Shown here: in pieces, positions 10,415-19,116 of the stretch | Layout: the number at the start of each line of letters is the position of its first letter | Position numbering within the stretch: the first letter of the stretch is position 1 | Source of the DNA: a bacterium | GTDB taxonomy: Bacteria > Sysuimicrobiota > Sysuimicrobiia > Sysuimicrobiales > Segetimicrobiaceae | Reading direction: 5' to 3' | Assembly (NCBI GenBank): GCA_035691305.1 | Contig: DASSJF010000038.1 | Location: 3,312-67,311, forward strand | Length of the DNA: 64,000 nt | Translations under genes and position numbers: made by a program | Notes under the pieces: generated by a model | Told to the model about the DNA's origin: nothing | The model's database searches: none | What the model saw: only the letters and a program-made list of their open reading frames with translations

Positions 10415-10500
10415 GACGCCGTCGCATACCGACGGCTAGTCCCGCACCGGGGCGACGCCGTCGCATGCCGACGCCTAGTCCCGCGCCGGGGCGACGCCGG
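10415..10500. repeat. Tandem direct repeat, 39-bp unit x about 2.2 copies, each unit carrying the 13-bp palindrome GCGACGcCGTCGC
   Basis: Copy 1 is 10415-10453 (gacgccgtcgcataccgacggctagtcccgcaccggggc). Copy 2 is 10454-10492 (3 mismatches). Partial copy 3 is 10493-10500. It lies between the nuoN stop (10504) and the -35 of the ATPase promoter. Confidence 0.7.
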
Positions 10501-10503
10501 TGT

Positions 10504-11985
10504 CTAGATCTTCAACAGCAGTGATGCCGCCTGGGCGAAGCGGATGAGCGCATCCGGGAAGAACCCCGGCACGAGCGCGCCCGCGGCCGTCACGGCCAGC
10601 ACGCCCCGCAACAGCGGCGTCTCGACCGGCCCGCCGAGCGGCTCGCCGGCCGGAGGTGCCGCCGGTTCGCCGCCGGCGGCGGGCATCTGCCACATCGCCC
10701 GGATGACGCCCACGTAGTAGTAGAGCGACACCACGCTGTTGATGATGCCGACCACGGCCAGCCAGAGGAACCCGGACTGAATCGCGGCGCTGAAGAGAAA
10801 CACTTTTCCCCAGAACAACGCGGTCGGCGGAATGCCTGTGAGGGCGAGCATGAACGCGGCCATCAGCGTCGCCGAAAACGGCGATCGCTGGCCGAGCCCG
10901 GCGTAGCCCGCGATCGCGTCCGTGCCGCTCGCCCGGGCTACGGCGATGGCGACGGTGAAGGCGCCGATGTTGGTGAAGAGGTAGCCCATCAGGTAGAACA
11001 GCAGCGCCGAGACCCCGGAGCCGAGCACCCCCGGCCCGGCGGAGAGCGCCACGACGCCGATCAGCATGTACCCGGCGTGCGCAATCGAGCTGTACGCGAG
11101 CATCCGCTTGATGTTCGACTGCGACAGCGCGAGCAGATTGCCGAACGACATGGAGAGCACGGAGATCGCGGCGACGATGCCGACCCACGCCCCCGGCGGC
11201 AGCGCCACGTAGAGCATCCGCAGCAGGGCGGCGAAACCTGCGGCCTTGCTGGCCACCGACAGAAAGGCGACGATCGGCGTCGGGGCGCCTTCGTACACGT
11301 CCGGCGTCCACTGGTGGAACGGCACCGCGGAGATCTTGAACCCGAACCCGGCGAGGATCAGCACGACCGCGACCACGAGGAACCCCGGCTGGGCGGCTCC
11401 GAGCCGCGAGGCCAGCGCGTAGATGTTCGTCGTGCCGGTTGCCCCGTACAGGTACGTGAAGCCGTACAGCATCACGGCCGACGCCGCGGCGCCGTAGAAG
11501 AAGTACTTCACACCGGCCTCGCTGCTCTTCCGGTTCGCCTTCAGGGCGCCGGCGAGCACATACGAGATCAGCGACACCCACTCGATCGCGAGGAACAGCA
11601 CGATCAGATCGGCCGCCGCCGCCATCGCGAACAGGCCGAGCACCATGAACACGATGAGTACGTAGATGTCGCCCTCGTGCGCCGTCGGGTGGTCCCGGAA
11701 AAAGTCCATCGCCGCGGCGATGACGAGAATCGCGCTCAGGATCGCGACCACCTTGAAGAAGCCGGCGAACGGGTCGACCGCGTAGGTGTCGAACACCACG
11801 AGGTACCGCGGGCCGCCGATCAGCACCGCGGAGGGGCCGAGCGTGAACGCCAGGCCGATGATCGCCGTCCACCCCACGAGGCGGCGGTCTTCCGGCGCGA
11901 CGATCAAGTCGATCACGAGCAGGCCGAGGGCCAGGATCCCGACCGTGATCTCGGGCAGCAGGGGCCGGAGGTCGATTCCCGTCAC
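10504..11985 (-). CDS. nuoN: NADH-quinone oxidoreductase subunit N
   Basis: 493 aa polytopic antiporter-like subunit; typical NuoN N-terminus and conserved blocks. Confidence 0.9.
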   Translation of the reverse strand: MTGIDLRPLLPEITVGILALGLLVIDLIVAPEDRRLVGWTAIIGLAFTLGPSAVLIGGPRYLVVFDTYAVDPFAGFFKVVAILSAILVIAAAMDFFRDHPTAHEGDIYVLIVFMVLGLFAMAAAADLIVLFLAIEWVSLISYVLAGALKANRKSSEAGVKYFFYGAAASAVMLYGFTYLYGATGTTNIYALASRLGAAQPGFLVVAVVLILAGFGFKISAVPFHQWTPDVYEGAPTPIVAFLSVASKAAGFAALLRMLYVALPPGAWVGIVAAISVLSMSFGNLLALSQSNIKRMLAYSSIAHAGYMLIGVVALSAGPGVLGSGVSALLFYLMGYLFTNIGAFTVAIAVARASGTDAIAGYAGLGQRSPFSATLMAAFMLALTGIPPTALFWGKVFLFSAAIQSGFLWLAVVGIINSVVSLYYYVGVIRAMWQMPAAGGEPAAPPAGEPLGGPVETPLLRGVLAVTAAGALVPGFFPDALIRFAQAASLLLKI

Positions 11986-11995
11986 CGGCCGGCCC

Positions 11996-13504
11996 TCATC
12001 GCACGAGGTTGAGGATGCCCAGCATTGCCGCGTTGATCGTGTTGACGACCGGCGCGGGATAGAGCCCGACGGCGATCATCAACGCGGCCAGCGGCGCGAG
12101 CGTCCACGCCTCACGACCGTCCAGATCGGGGAGTCCGGCCCACTTCGCGTTCAGCGGCCCCCAGAAGATGCGGTAGATCGTCCAGAGGAAGAACGCGACC
12201 GTGATCACGACGCCGACGAGCGACACGACGGTCAGCGCCGGATAGACCTGGTAGGCGCCGAGGAAAATCGAGAACTCCGCCACGAACCCCATCAGCCCCG
12301 GCAGACCGAGCGACGCCAGCATCGCCAGCATCGTGAGTCCCGTGTACACCGGGAGGCGCTCCCACAGGCCGCCGAAATCGTTCACGCCGCGGGTGTGCGC
12401 CCGGTAGTCGTAGATCACGCCGACGAGGAAGAACAGCGCCCCGGTGATCACGCCGTGCGCCAGCATCTGCATCGTCGCGCCGTTCAGGGCGATCGCCGCG
12501 GCGTTGCGCAGCGCCGGCTGCCCTTCCGCGGCGGCCGCCGCGGCGACGCCGAGCATCACGTAGCCCATGTGGTTGACGCTCGAATAGGCGACGAGCTTCT
12601 TCAGATCCGTCTGCGCCATCGCCACCAGCGCGCCGTAGACGGCCGCGATCGCGGCGAGAACCGCCACCATGCCCGCCATGAGGTGGAAGGCGCCCGGCAG
12701 CAGCGGCAGCAGGATACGCACGAAGCCGTAGGTGCCGAGCTTCAGGAGGATCGCGGCCAGCAGAACGCTGCCGGCGGTCGGCGCCTCGACGTGCGCGTCC
12801 GGAAGCCAGGTGTGGAACGGGAACATCGGCACCTTGATGGCGAAGCCGAGGAAAAAGCCCCAGAACGCCAGGGTGGCGAGGTGCAGGTCCCCCGCCAGCG
12901 GCTTCTGCTGGAAGAGCGCCACTATGTCGAACGTCCGCGGCGAGGAGTGGAAGTACACGATCAGGATCGCCAGCAGCATCGCCAGCGAGCCGACCAGCGT
13001 GTACAGGAAAAACTTGACCGCGGCGTAGACCCGGCGCGGCCCGCCCCAGACGCCGATGATGAAGTACATCGGGATGAGGCTGACCTCCCAGAACACGTAG
13101 AACAGAAAGAAGTCAAGCGCCAAGAACACGCCGAGCATCCCGGTCTCGAGCAGCAGAAACAGCATCATGTACTCTTTCGGCCGGAGATCCACGCGCCACG
13201 AGTACACGACGCACAGGAGCGTGAGCAGCGTCGTCAGCACCACGAGCGGCAGGCTGAGGCCGTCGACGGCCAGATGGTACGTCGCGCCGAGGGACGGAAT
13301 CCAGCGCGCCTGCTCGGTCAGCTGCAGAGTCCCCGCGCGGCCGAAGTCGAACGCGGCCGCCGCCCACACCGAGGCGAGGAAGTCCGCGATCGCCGCGGCG
13401 AGGGCGACGAGACGGATCGTGCGTACCTGCCCGCGCGGCACGGCGAGCAGCGCGGCGGCGCCGGCGGCGGGGATCCAGAGGACGAGGCTCAGCACGCCGT
13501 TCAC
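11996..13504 (-). CDS. nuoM: NADH-quinone oxidoreductase subunit M
   Basis: C-terminal 502 codons of ORF 11996..15184. GTG at 13502-13504 overlaps the nuoL TGA (GTGA). Conserved NuoM blocks (WLPDAHVEAPT, AYSSVNHMG). The upstream 560 codons of the ORF overlap nuoL out of frame and are not coding. Confidence 0.9.
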   Translation of the reverse strand: MNGVLSLVLWIPAAGAAALLAVPRGQVRTIRLVALAAAIADFLASVWAAAAFDFGRAGTLQLTEQARWIPSLGATYHLAVDGLSLPLVVLTTLLTLLCVVYSWRVDLRPKEYMMLFLLLETGMLGVFLALDFFLFYVFWEVSLIPMYFIIGVWGGPRRVYAAVKFFLYTLVGSLAMLLAILIVYFHSSPRTFDIVALFQQKPLAGDLHLATLAFWGFFLGFAIKVPMFPFHTWLPDAHVEAPTAGSVLLAAILLKLGTYGFVRILLPLLPGAFHLMAGMVAVLAAIAAVYGALVAMAQTDLKKLVAYSSVNHMGYVMLGVAAAAAAEGQPALRNAAAIALNGATMQMLAHGVITGALFFLVGVIYDYRAHTRGVNDFGGLWERLPVYTGLTMLAMLASLGLPGLMGFVAEFSIFLGAYQVYPALTVVSLVGVVITVAFFLWTIYRIFWGPLNAKWAGLPDLDGREAWTLAPLAALMIAVGLYPAPVVNTINAAMLGILNLVR

Positions 13505-15372
13505 CACACCAGCCTGACGACGACGATGAGGACGACGCCGAGGAACACGATCAGCAGATAGGTCTCTTCGCGCCCGGTCTGCAGATAGCGCAGGCCGAGC
13601 CCGAACCACCGGGCCAGCCAGCCGATCAGGTTCACGAGGCCGTCGACGACGTGGCGGTCGAACAACCCGGCGAGCCGCATCACGACGCCGCCGATTCCGA
13701 GGAAGACCCAGGCATAGAGGTCGTCGACGAAGTAGCGCCGCGCGAGCAGCGTATACAGCCACGGCAGCGCCTGCCGCAGCGACTCGGACGGCACGACGCG
13801 CCAGACATAGATCGCCGCGGCCGCGACCCAACCGGCGACGGCGATCGCGATCGACCCGAGGAGCAGGCCGAAGTTCGGCGGCGCCGGCTCGACGCCGGGG
13901 AAGTTGATGAACTTCTCGAACGGGTTGCCGAGCGACTCGGCGCCGATCCAGCCGAGAAACACCGCGAAGACGGCGAGAATCACGAGGGGCGCGACCATCA
14001 CGGCGGGGCTCTCGTGCGGACCGCCGTGCCCGTGCGCGGCCGCCGCGTGGGGATCGCCGCCGCGGTACGTGCCGGCAAACGTGTACCAGAGGAGGCGGCC
14101 CATGTACAGCGACGTGAGGAACGCCCCCGCCGCACCGACCGCCCACAACGCCCGGTTGTGCGCAAACGCCGCGGCCAGGATCTGATCCTTGCTGAAGAAT
14201 CCGGCGAACGGTGGAATGCCGGTCAGCGCGAGCGTCGCGGCGACGAACGTCCAGGTGGTCCACGGCAGGTACCGGGCCAATCCGCCCATCTGCTTCATGT
14301 CGTTGGTCGCGACGGCGTGGATCACGCTCCCGGCGCCGAGGAAGAGCAGCGCCTTGAAGAAGGCGTGCGTGATGAGGTGGAACATGCCGGCGGTGTAGCC
14401 GAGAACGCCGAGGCCGAGCATCATGTAGCCGAGCTGGCTCATGGTCGAGTACGCCAGCACGCGTTTGATGTCGTTCTCGACCACCCCCATCGTCGCCGCG
14501 GCCAGCGCGGTGACCCCGCCGATCCAGGCGACGACGGTCAGTCCCGCCTGGCCCGTCGTGAACAGGAAGAGCGGATAGGTGCGGGCGACGAGGTAGACTC
14601 CGGCGGCGACCATCGTCGCAGCGTGGATCAGCGCGCTGACCGGTGTCGGGCCCTCCATCGCGTCGGGCAGCCAGACGTGCAGCGGGACCTGGGCCGACTT
14701 GCCGACCGCGCCGCCGAAGACCAAGATGGCCGCGGCGGTCAGGAGCGGCCCGGCGAGCGAGCCGGTGTGGATGCCCTTGAACACTTCGTCGAACCGCAAC
14801 GAGCCCGTGTGGAGGAAGATGATCAGGATGCCGATCATCATCGAGAAGTCGCCGACGCGGGTCGTGATGAACGCCTTGAGCGCCGCCTTCGCCGCGGCCG
14901 GCCGTTCGAACCAGAACCCGATCAGCAGGTAGGAGCACAGGCCGACGAGCTCCCAGCCGGCGTAGATGAACAGAAAGTTGTCGGCCAGGACCAGGAACAG
15001 CATCGAGAACTGGAACAGCGACAGGTACGCGAAGAACCGCGGGTAGTGCTCGTCGCCGGCCATGTAGCCGACCGAATAGATCGTGATGAGTGACGAGACC
15101 ACGCCGACCATCGCCAGCATGATCGCGCTCAGCGGATCGACGACGAAGCCGACCGTGATCGGCCGGCCGCCGAGCACCGCCCACGTATAGGTGATATCGG
15201 CACGCGCCCCGCCGGCCACCTCGCCGAGCACGACCAGGCCGCCGAGCCCCGCCAGCACGATGCCGGCGATCGAGACGTAGGCGCCGCGGCCCCGGAGGCG
15301 CGGCCCGACGGCCGTGATCGTCGCGAACGCCGCGAGCGGCAGCAGCGGGATGATCCAGGCGATGTGGGTCAC
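13501..15372 (-). CDS. nuoL: NADH-quinone oxidoreductase subunit L
   Basis: 623 aa, (M)THIAWIIPLLPLAAF..., conserved WLPDAMEGPTPVSALIHAATMV block, long C-terminal lateral helix region. Confidence 0.9.
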   Translation of the reverse strand: MTHIAWIIPLLPLAAFATITAVGPRLRGRGAYVSIAGIVLAGLGGLVVLGEVAGGARADITYTWAVLGGRPITVGFVVDPLSAIMLAMVGVVSSLITIYSVGYMAGDEHYPRFFAYLSLFQFSMLFLVLADNFLFIYAGWELVGLCSYLLIGFWFERPAAAKAALKAFITTRVGDFSMMIGILIIFLHTGSLRFDEVFKGIHTGSLAGPLLTAAAILVFGGAVGKSAQVPLHVWLPDAMEGPTPVSALIHAATMVAAGVYLVARTYPLFLFTTGQAGLTVVAWIGGVTALAAATMGVVENDIKRVLAYSTMSQLGYMMLGLGVLGYTAGMFHLITHAFFKALLFLGAGSVIHAVATNDMKQMGGLARYLPWTTWTFVAATLALTGIPPFAGFFSKDQILAAAFAHNRALWAVGAAGAFLTSLYMGRLLWYTFAGTYRGGDPHAAAAHGHGGPHESPAVMVAPLVILAVFAVFLGWIGAESLGNPFEKFINFPGVEPAPPNFGLLLGSIAIAVAGWVAAAAIYVWRVVPSESLRQALPWLYTLLARRYFVDDLYAWVFLGIGGVVMRLAGLFDRHVVDGLVNLIGWLARWFGLGLRYLQTGREETYLLIVFLGVVLIVVVRLVW

Positions 15373-15379
15373 CGCGCGG

Positions 15380-15691
15380 TCACCACTTCATCAGGTTGAT
15401 CTCGTCGACGTAGACCGTCTCGAGGGTCCGGTACGCGGCCAGCACGAGCGCCAGGCCGACCGCGGCTTCGCACGCCGCGAGTGTGATCACGATCAGCGCG
15501 AAGATCTGGCCCTGCATCGCCCCCGGCGCGGCGTACTTGTTGAAGGCGACCAGGTTGATGTTGGCGGCGTTCAGCATCAATTCGACGCCCATCAGGATCG
15601 TCACGGCGTTGCGGCGCGTGACCACCGCGAACAGCCCGAGCGCGAAGAGCAGCGCGCTCACGACGAGGTAGTGCGCGAGGCCCGGCATCAA
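15380..15691 (-). CDS. nuoK: NADH-quinone oxidoreductase subunit K
   Basis: 103 aa, three TM helices, conserved LMLNAANINLVAF... and ...EAAVGLALV motifs. Confidence 0.9.
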   Translation of the reverse strand: MMPGLAHYLVVSALLFALGLFAVVTRRNAVTILMGVELMLNAANINLVAFNKYAAPGAMQGQIFALIVITLAACEAAVGLALVLAAYRTLETVYVDEINLMKW

Positions 15692-16182
15692 TCTTCCCGC
15701 CGCGCGATCATGATCGCGCCCATCAGCGAGATCAGCAGGACGATCGACGTACCTTCGAAGACCAGAATGTTCTGACGGAGAAAGCTCTGCCCGATCGCCC
15801 CGGGCGTGTACGGCGGCAGCGCGCCGGCGCCCGCGGGCCAGCCGGTGCGCGTCGAGACGGCGATCAGCAGCGCGGCCATCGCTGCGGCGACCGCGGTGCC
15901 GATCGCAGCCTGCTCGTTGCGCTGCCGGCCCCCGAGCCCCGTGCCGCCTTCGGTCAGCATGATCGCGAAGAGGATCAGCACGGTGATCGCGCCGGCGTAG
16001 ATCAGGACCTGGATGCCGGCCACGAACTCGGCGTTCAGCAGAATGTACAGGCCGGTGACGCCGAGGAACGCTGGCACGAGGGCCGCGGCGCTGTGCACGA
16101 TGTTGCGGCTGGCGACCACCACCACGCCGGCGCCCAGCGTGACGGCGGCCAGCACGTAGAAGGCGATCGCCTCGCCGGTCAC
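15688..16182 (-). CDS. nuoJ: NADH-quinone oxidoreductase subunit J
   Basis: C-terminal 164 codons of ORF 15688..16755, GTG at 16180-16182 overlapping the nuoH stop (VTGEAIAFYVLAAVTLGAGVVVVASRNIVHSAAALV...). Follows nuoH directly: there is no nuoI. Confidence 0.85.
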   Translation of the reverse strand: MTGEAIAFYVLAAVTLGAGVVVVASRNIVHSAAALVPAFLGVTGLYILLNAEFVAGIQVLIYAGAITVLILFAIMLTEGGTGLGGRQRNEQAAIGTAVAAAMAALLIAVSTRTGWPAGAGALPPYTPGAIGQSFLRQNILVFEGTSIVLLISLMGAIMIARRED

Positions 16183-17159
16183 GGGTGTCCCACCACCACG
16201 ACGAACGCGGTCACGACGAGGTTGAGCACGGACACCGGGATCAGGACCTTCCAGGAAAAGTTCAGCATCTGGTCGATCCGGAAGCGCGGATACGTCCACC
16301 GCACCCACATGAAGACGAAGATCAACGCGTACAGCTTGATGACGAACCACAGCACCGGCGGCAGCACCGGCCCACGCCAGCCGCCGAGGAACAGCGTAAC
16401 CGCCATCGCCGCCATCGCGAACATCTCGCCGTATTCGCCGAGCTGAAACAGCGCGAACCGCATCCCGCTGTATTCGGAGAAGTAGCCGGCGACCAGCTCG
16501 CTCTCCGCCTCGACCAGGTCGAACGGCACGCGGTTCACCTCGGCGATCGCCGCGATGAGGAAGATCAGAAAGGCCACGGGCTGGGCCACGATGTACCACA
16601 GACGCGCCTGGCCGTTGACGATCGTTACGGTCGACAGCGACCCCGCCATCAACGCGACCGTCACGAGCGCGAGCCCGATGGGGATCTCGTAGGTGACCAT
16701 CTGCGCGGCCGATCGCATGCCGCCGAGCAGGGCGTATTTGTTGTTCGATCCCCATCCCGCCATCAGGATGCCGATCACGACCAGCGACGAGGTCGCCGCG
16801 AAGTACAGCACGCCGATGTTCAGATCGCGGAAGATCAGCGGCCCGGACCGCGTGGTGCCGAACGGAATGACGACGTAGTCGAGCAGCGCCGCCAGCGGCA
16901 CGACGACGACCGCGCTCGCGAAGATGAGGCGGTCGGCGCGGTTCGGGACGATGTGTTCCTTCTGCAGAAGTTTAACCGTGTCGGCCACGGTCTGCAGCAG
17001 GCCCTGCGGCCCGACGTGCTTCGGCCCGAGGCGGCTCTGCATCCACGCGCTGATCTTGCGTTCGAGCAGCACGCCGAACATGACCGCGATGAACGCCACC
17101 GCGGAAAAGATGATGATCGTGCCGACGAACGCGCGGAGGATCTCCCAGAGCCAGTCCAT
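16179..17159 (-). CDS. nuoH: NADH-quinone oxidoreductase subunit H
   Basis: 326 aa, MDWLWEILRAF..., conserved LERKISAWMQSRLGPKHVGPQGLLQ block. Confidence 0.9.
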   Translation of the reverse strand: MDWLWEILRAFVGTIIIFSAVAFIAVMFGVLLERKISAWMQSRLGPKHVGPQGLLQTVADTVKLLQKEHIVPNRADRLIFASAVVVVPLAALLDYVVIPFGTTRSGPLIFRDLNIGVLYFAATSSLVVIGILMAGWGSNNKYALLGGMRSAAQMVTYEIPIGLALVTVALMAGSLSTVTIVNGQARLWYIVAQPVAFLIFLIAAIAEVNRVPFDLVEAESELVAGYFSEYSGMRFALFQLGEYGEMFAMAAMAVTLFLGGWRGPVLPPVLWFVIKLYALIFVFMWVRWTYPRFRIDQMLNFSWKVLIPVSVLNLVVTAFVVVVGHP

Positions 17160-17165
17160 CGCCGC

Positions 17166-17522
17166 CTAAGTCCACTCCAGGGCGCCGCGGCGCCACGCGT
17201 AGGCGAGGCCGAGCACCAGGATCACAAGAAACACCAACATCTCCCAGAACGCGAGCGGGCCGAGGCTGCGCGCGACCACCGCCCAGGGGTACAGGTAGAT
17301 GATCTCGACGTCAAACACGACGAAGACGAGCGAGAACAGGTAGTAGCGAACGTGAAACTGCGACCACGCCTGGCCGATCGTAGGCACGCCCGACTCGTAG
17401 GTCTCGAACTTCTGCGGGTAGTCGCTGCGCGGCGAGATCAGCCAGATGATGAGCAGAGGGAGCGAGACCATCCCCGCGCCGACGAGCGCGAAGATGGCGA
17501 CGTAGCCCCAATCGAGCAGCAT
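17166..17522 (-). CDS. nuoA: NADH-quinone oxidoreductase subunit A
   Basis: 118 aa, three TM helices, conserved ...KFETYESGVP... and ...FDVEIIYLYPWAV... motifs. Followed directly by nuoH, so nuoB, C, D and I are absent here. Confidence 0.85.
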   Translation of the reverse strand: MLLDWGYVAIFALVGAGMVSLPLLIIWLISPRSDYPQKFETYESGVPTIGQAWSQFHVRYYLFSLVFVVFDVEIIYLYPWAVVARSLGPLAFWEMLVFLVILVLGLAYAWRRGALEWT

Positions 17523-17630
17523 CGTCGTCCCTCCTTAGAACGTGTTGCGGCGCGGACGCGTGGCGCGAACCCGGTTCTCAGATCAGTTGGTCGCCGGCTC
17601 TGCGAAGTTTTTGGCGATGAACCGCGGCTG

Positions 17631-17660
17631 ATGGTAGTATCCGTCGCCGAAGCGTGTCAA
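17631..17660 (-). promoter_or_regulatory. Candidate sigma-70-type promoter of the nuoAHJKLMN operon: TTGACA-18-TACCAT
   Basis: Minus strand: -35 TTGACA (complement of 17655-17660), 18-nt spacer, -10 TACCAT (complement of 17631-17636), about 100 nt upstream of the nuoA start. Confidence 0.45.
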
Positions 17661-17682
17661 CCCTGCCGGGGCGGCGCCGAGT

Positions 17683-19116
17683 TTACAGCGGCGCGACGTT
17701 CGCGCCGCCTTCCGCCGCCCGCTCCCCCAGAGGCCCCCGCGGGGCCGAGCCGCCGAACTCGGCTGAGGCCGTGCGGCGGAGCTCCGGCGACACCGTCGAC
17801 AGCAGGCGCAGCAGCACGGCCGTCACCTTCCGCGCGTCGTGCCGGACCAGCCCGTCCTCGCTCAACAGATCCTCGGCAACGCAGCGCACGCCCAGCGATT
17901 CGACCGCGGCGACGTCGGCCTCCACCGGCTCCGCGTGCTCCTGCGCGTACCGCGCGAGCAATTCGGGGCTGCGCGGCCGGCTCGTGTTGATCAGCGCGTA
18001 GTCGAAGAGGCCGCCCCCGCCCTGCTCGAGCAGCACGCGGACGTGGTCGGACGCCGTGAACCCGCGGGTTTCGCCGTGCTGCGTCATCACATTGCAGACG
18101 TAGACCTTCATCGCCGGCGACCGGCGAATCGCCTCCACCACGCCCTCCACGAGCAGGTTGGGCAGCAGGCTGGTGTAAAGGCTGCCGGGGCCGATCACGA
18201 CCATGTCCGCGTCCGCGATCGCTTCGAGAACGTCCGCGAGCGGCGGCACCGACGACGGGTTGAGGTAGACGCGGCGGACGGAGCGGCCGGCCCCTGTGAT
18301 CGCCGACTCACCCTCTACGACGCCGCCGTCCTCGAACTCCGCGCACAGCGTGACGTCGTGGAGGGTCGTCGGCAGCACGCGGCCCCGGATGGCGAGCACC
18401 TTGCCGCTCTCCTTGACCGCGGTCTCGAGATCGCCCGCGACCTGCGACATGCTGGCGATGAAGAGATTGCCGAAGCTGTGCCCGTCGAGCTCGCCGCCTT
18501 TGAAGCGATATTCGAAGAGTTGGGTCATCAGCGGTTCCGCCTCCGCGAGCGCGACGAGGCAGTTGCGGATGTCGCCGGGCGGCAGGATGCCCTGCTCGCG
18601 CCGCAGCCGGCCCGAGGAGCCGCCGTCGTCGAACACCGTGACGACCGCCGTGATGTTGGTCGACACTCTCTTCAGGCCGCGCAGCAGCGTGCCGAGACCC
18701 GTCCCGCCGCCGAGCGCGACGATCTTCGGCCCCCGTTGGAGGGCGCGCTGCTGCACGAGCAGCTCAACCAGGCGGGGATCGCCGCGCGGCAAGAACACGT
18801 CGACGATCGACCGGATCGTGGCGCGCAGCCCGTAGGCGATGAGCCCGAGACCGCCGAGCAGCAGCGCGACGCCGCCCAACATCGGCGACAGCACATGCCC
18901 GGTCACCGCGTAGGCGACGCCCACCGCGCGGATGATGGCGAGCTCGAGAACGCCGAGCAGCTTGACGTCCACGATCAGGGCCACGCCGGTGCTGACCAGC
19001 AGCACCCCGACGGCGATGAGAAGGATGTAGCGCTTGACGCCGAGCCCCGGCTCGAACCACCGGATCCAGTGCCGCACCGCGCTGCGCGCGCGGCCGGCGC
19101 CGCCGTTGAGGCTCAT
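17683..19116 (-). CDS. yvcK: YvcK/CuvA-family gluconeogenesis factor (CofD-like) with N-terminal two-helix membrane anchor
   Basis: C-terminal 477 codons of ORF 17683..19959. ATG at 19114-19116 overlaps the rapZ TGA (ATGA). Conserved KIVALGGGTGLGTLLRGLK and VVTVFDDGGSSGRLR blocks of the UPF0052/CofD fold. Residues about 30-100 form two predicted TM helices not found in B. subtilis YvcK. Confidence 0.8.
   Translation of the reverse strand: MSLNGGAGRARSAVRHWIRWFEPGLGVKRYILLIAVGVLLVSTGVALIVDVKLLGVLELAIIRAVGVAYAVTGHVLSPMLGGVALLLGGLGLIAYGLRATIRSIVDVFLPRGDPRLVELLVQQRALQRGPKIVALGGGTGLGTLLRGLKRVSTNITAVVTVFDDGGSSGRLRREQGILPPGDIRNCLVALAEAEPLMTQLFEYRFKGGELDGHSFGNLFIASMSQVAGDLETAVKESGKVLAIRGRVLPTTLHDVTLCAEFEDGGVVEGESAITGAGRSVRRVYLNPSSVPPLADVLEAIADADMVVIGPGSLYTSLLPNLLVEGVVEAIRRSPAMKVYVCNVMTQHGETRGFTASDHVRVLLEQGGGGLFDYALINTSRPRSPELLARYAQEHAEPVEADVAAVESLGVRCVAEDLLSEDGLVRHDARKVTAVLLRLLSTVSPELRRTASAEFGGSAPRGPLGERAAEGGANVAPL

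Noticed and set aside
10475-11872. 465-aa ORF overlapping nuoN in another frame
   Set aside because: Gly/Arg/Asp-rich low-complexity product; nuoN in the other frame is clearly the real gene.
13505-15184. N-terminal 560 codons of the 1062-aa ORF 11996..15184
   Set aside because: This part lies out of frame over nuoL (which is the conserved frame). Only the C-terminal 502 codons, starting at the GTGA overlap with nuoL, match NuoM.
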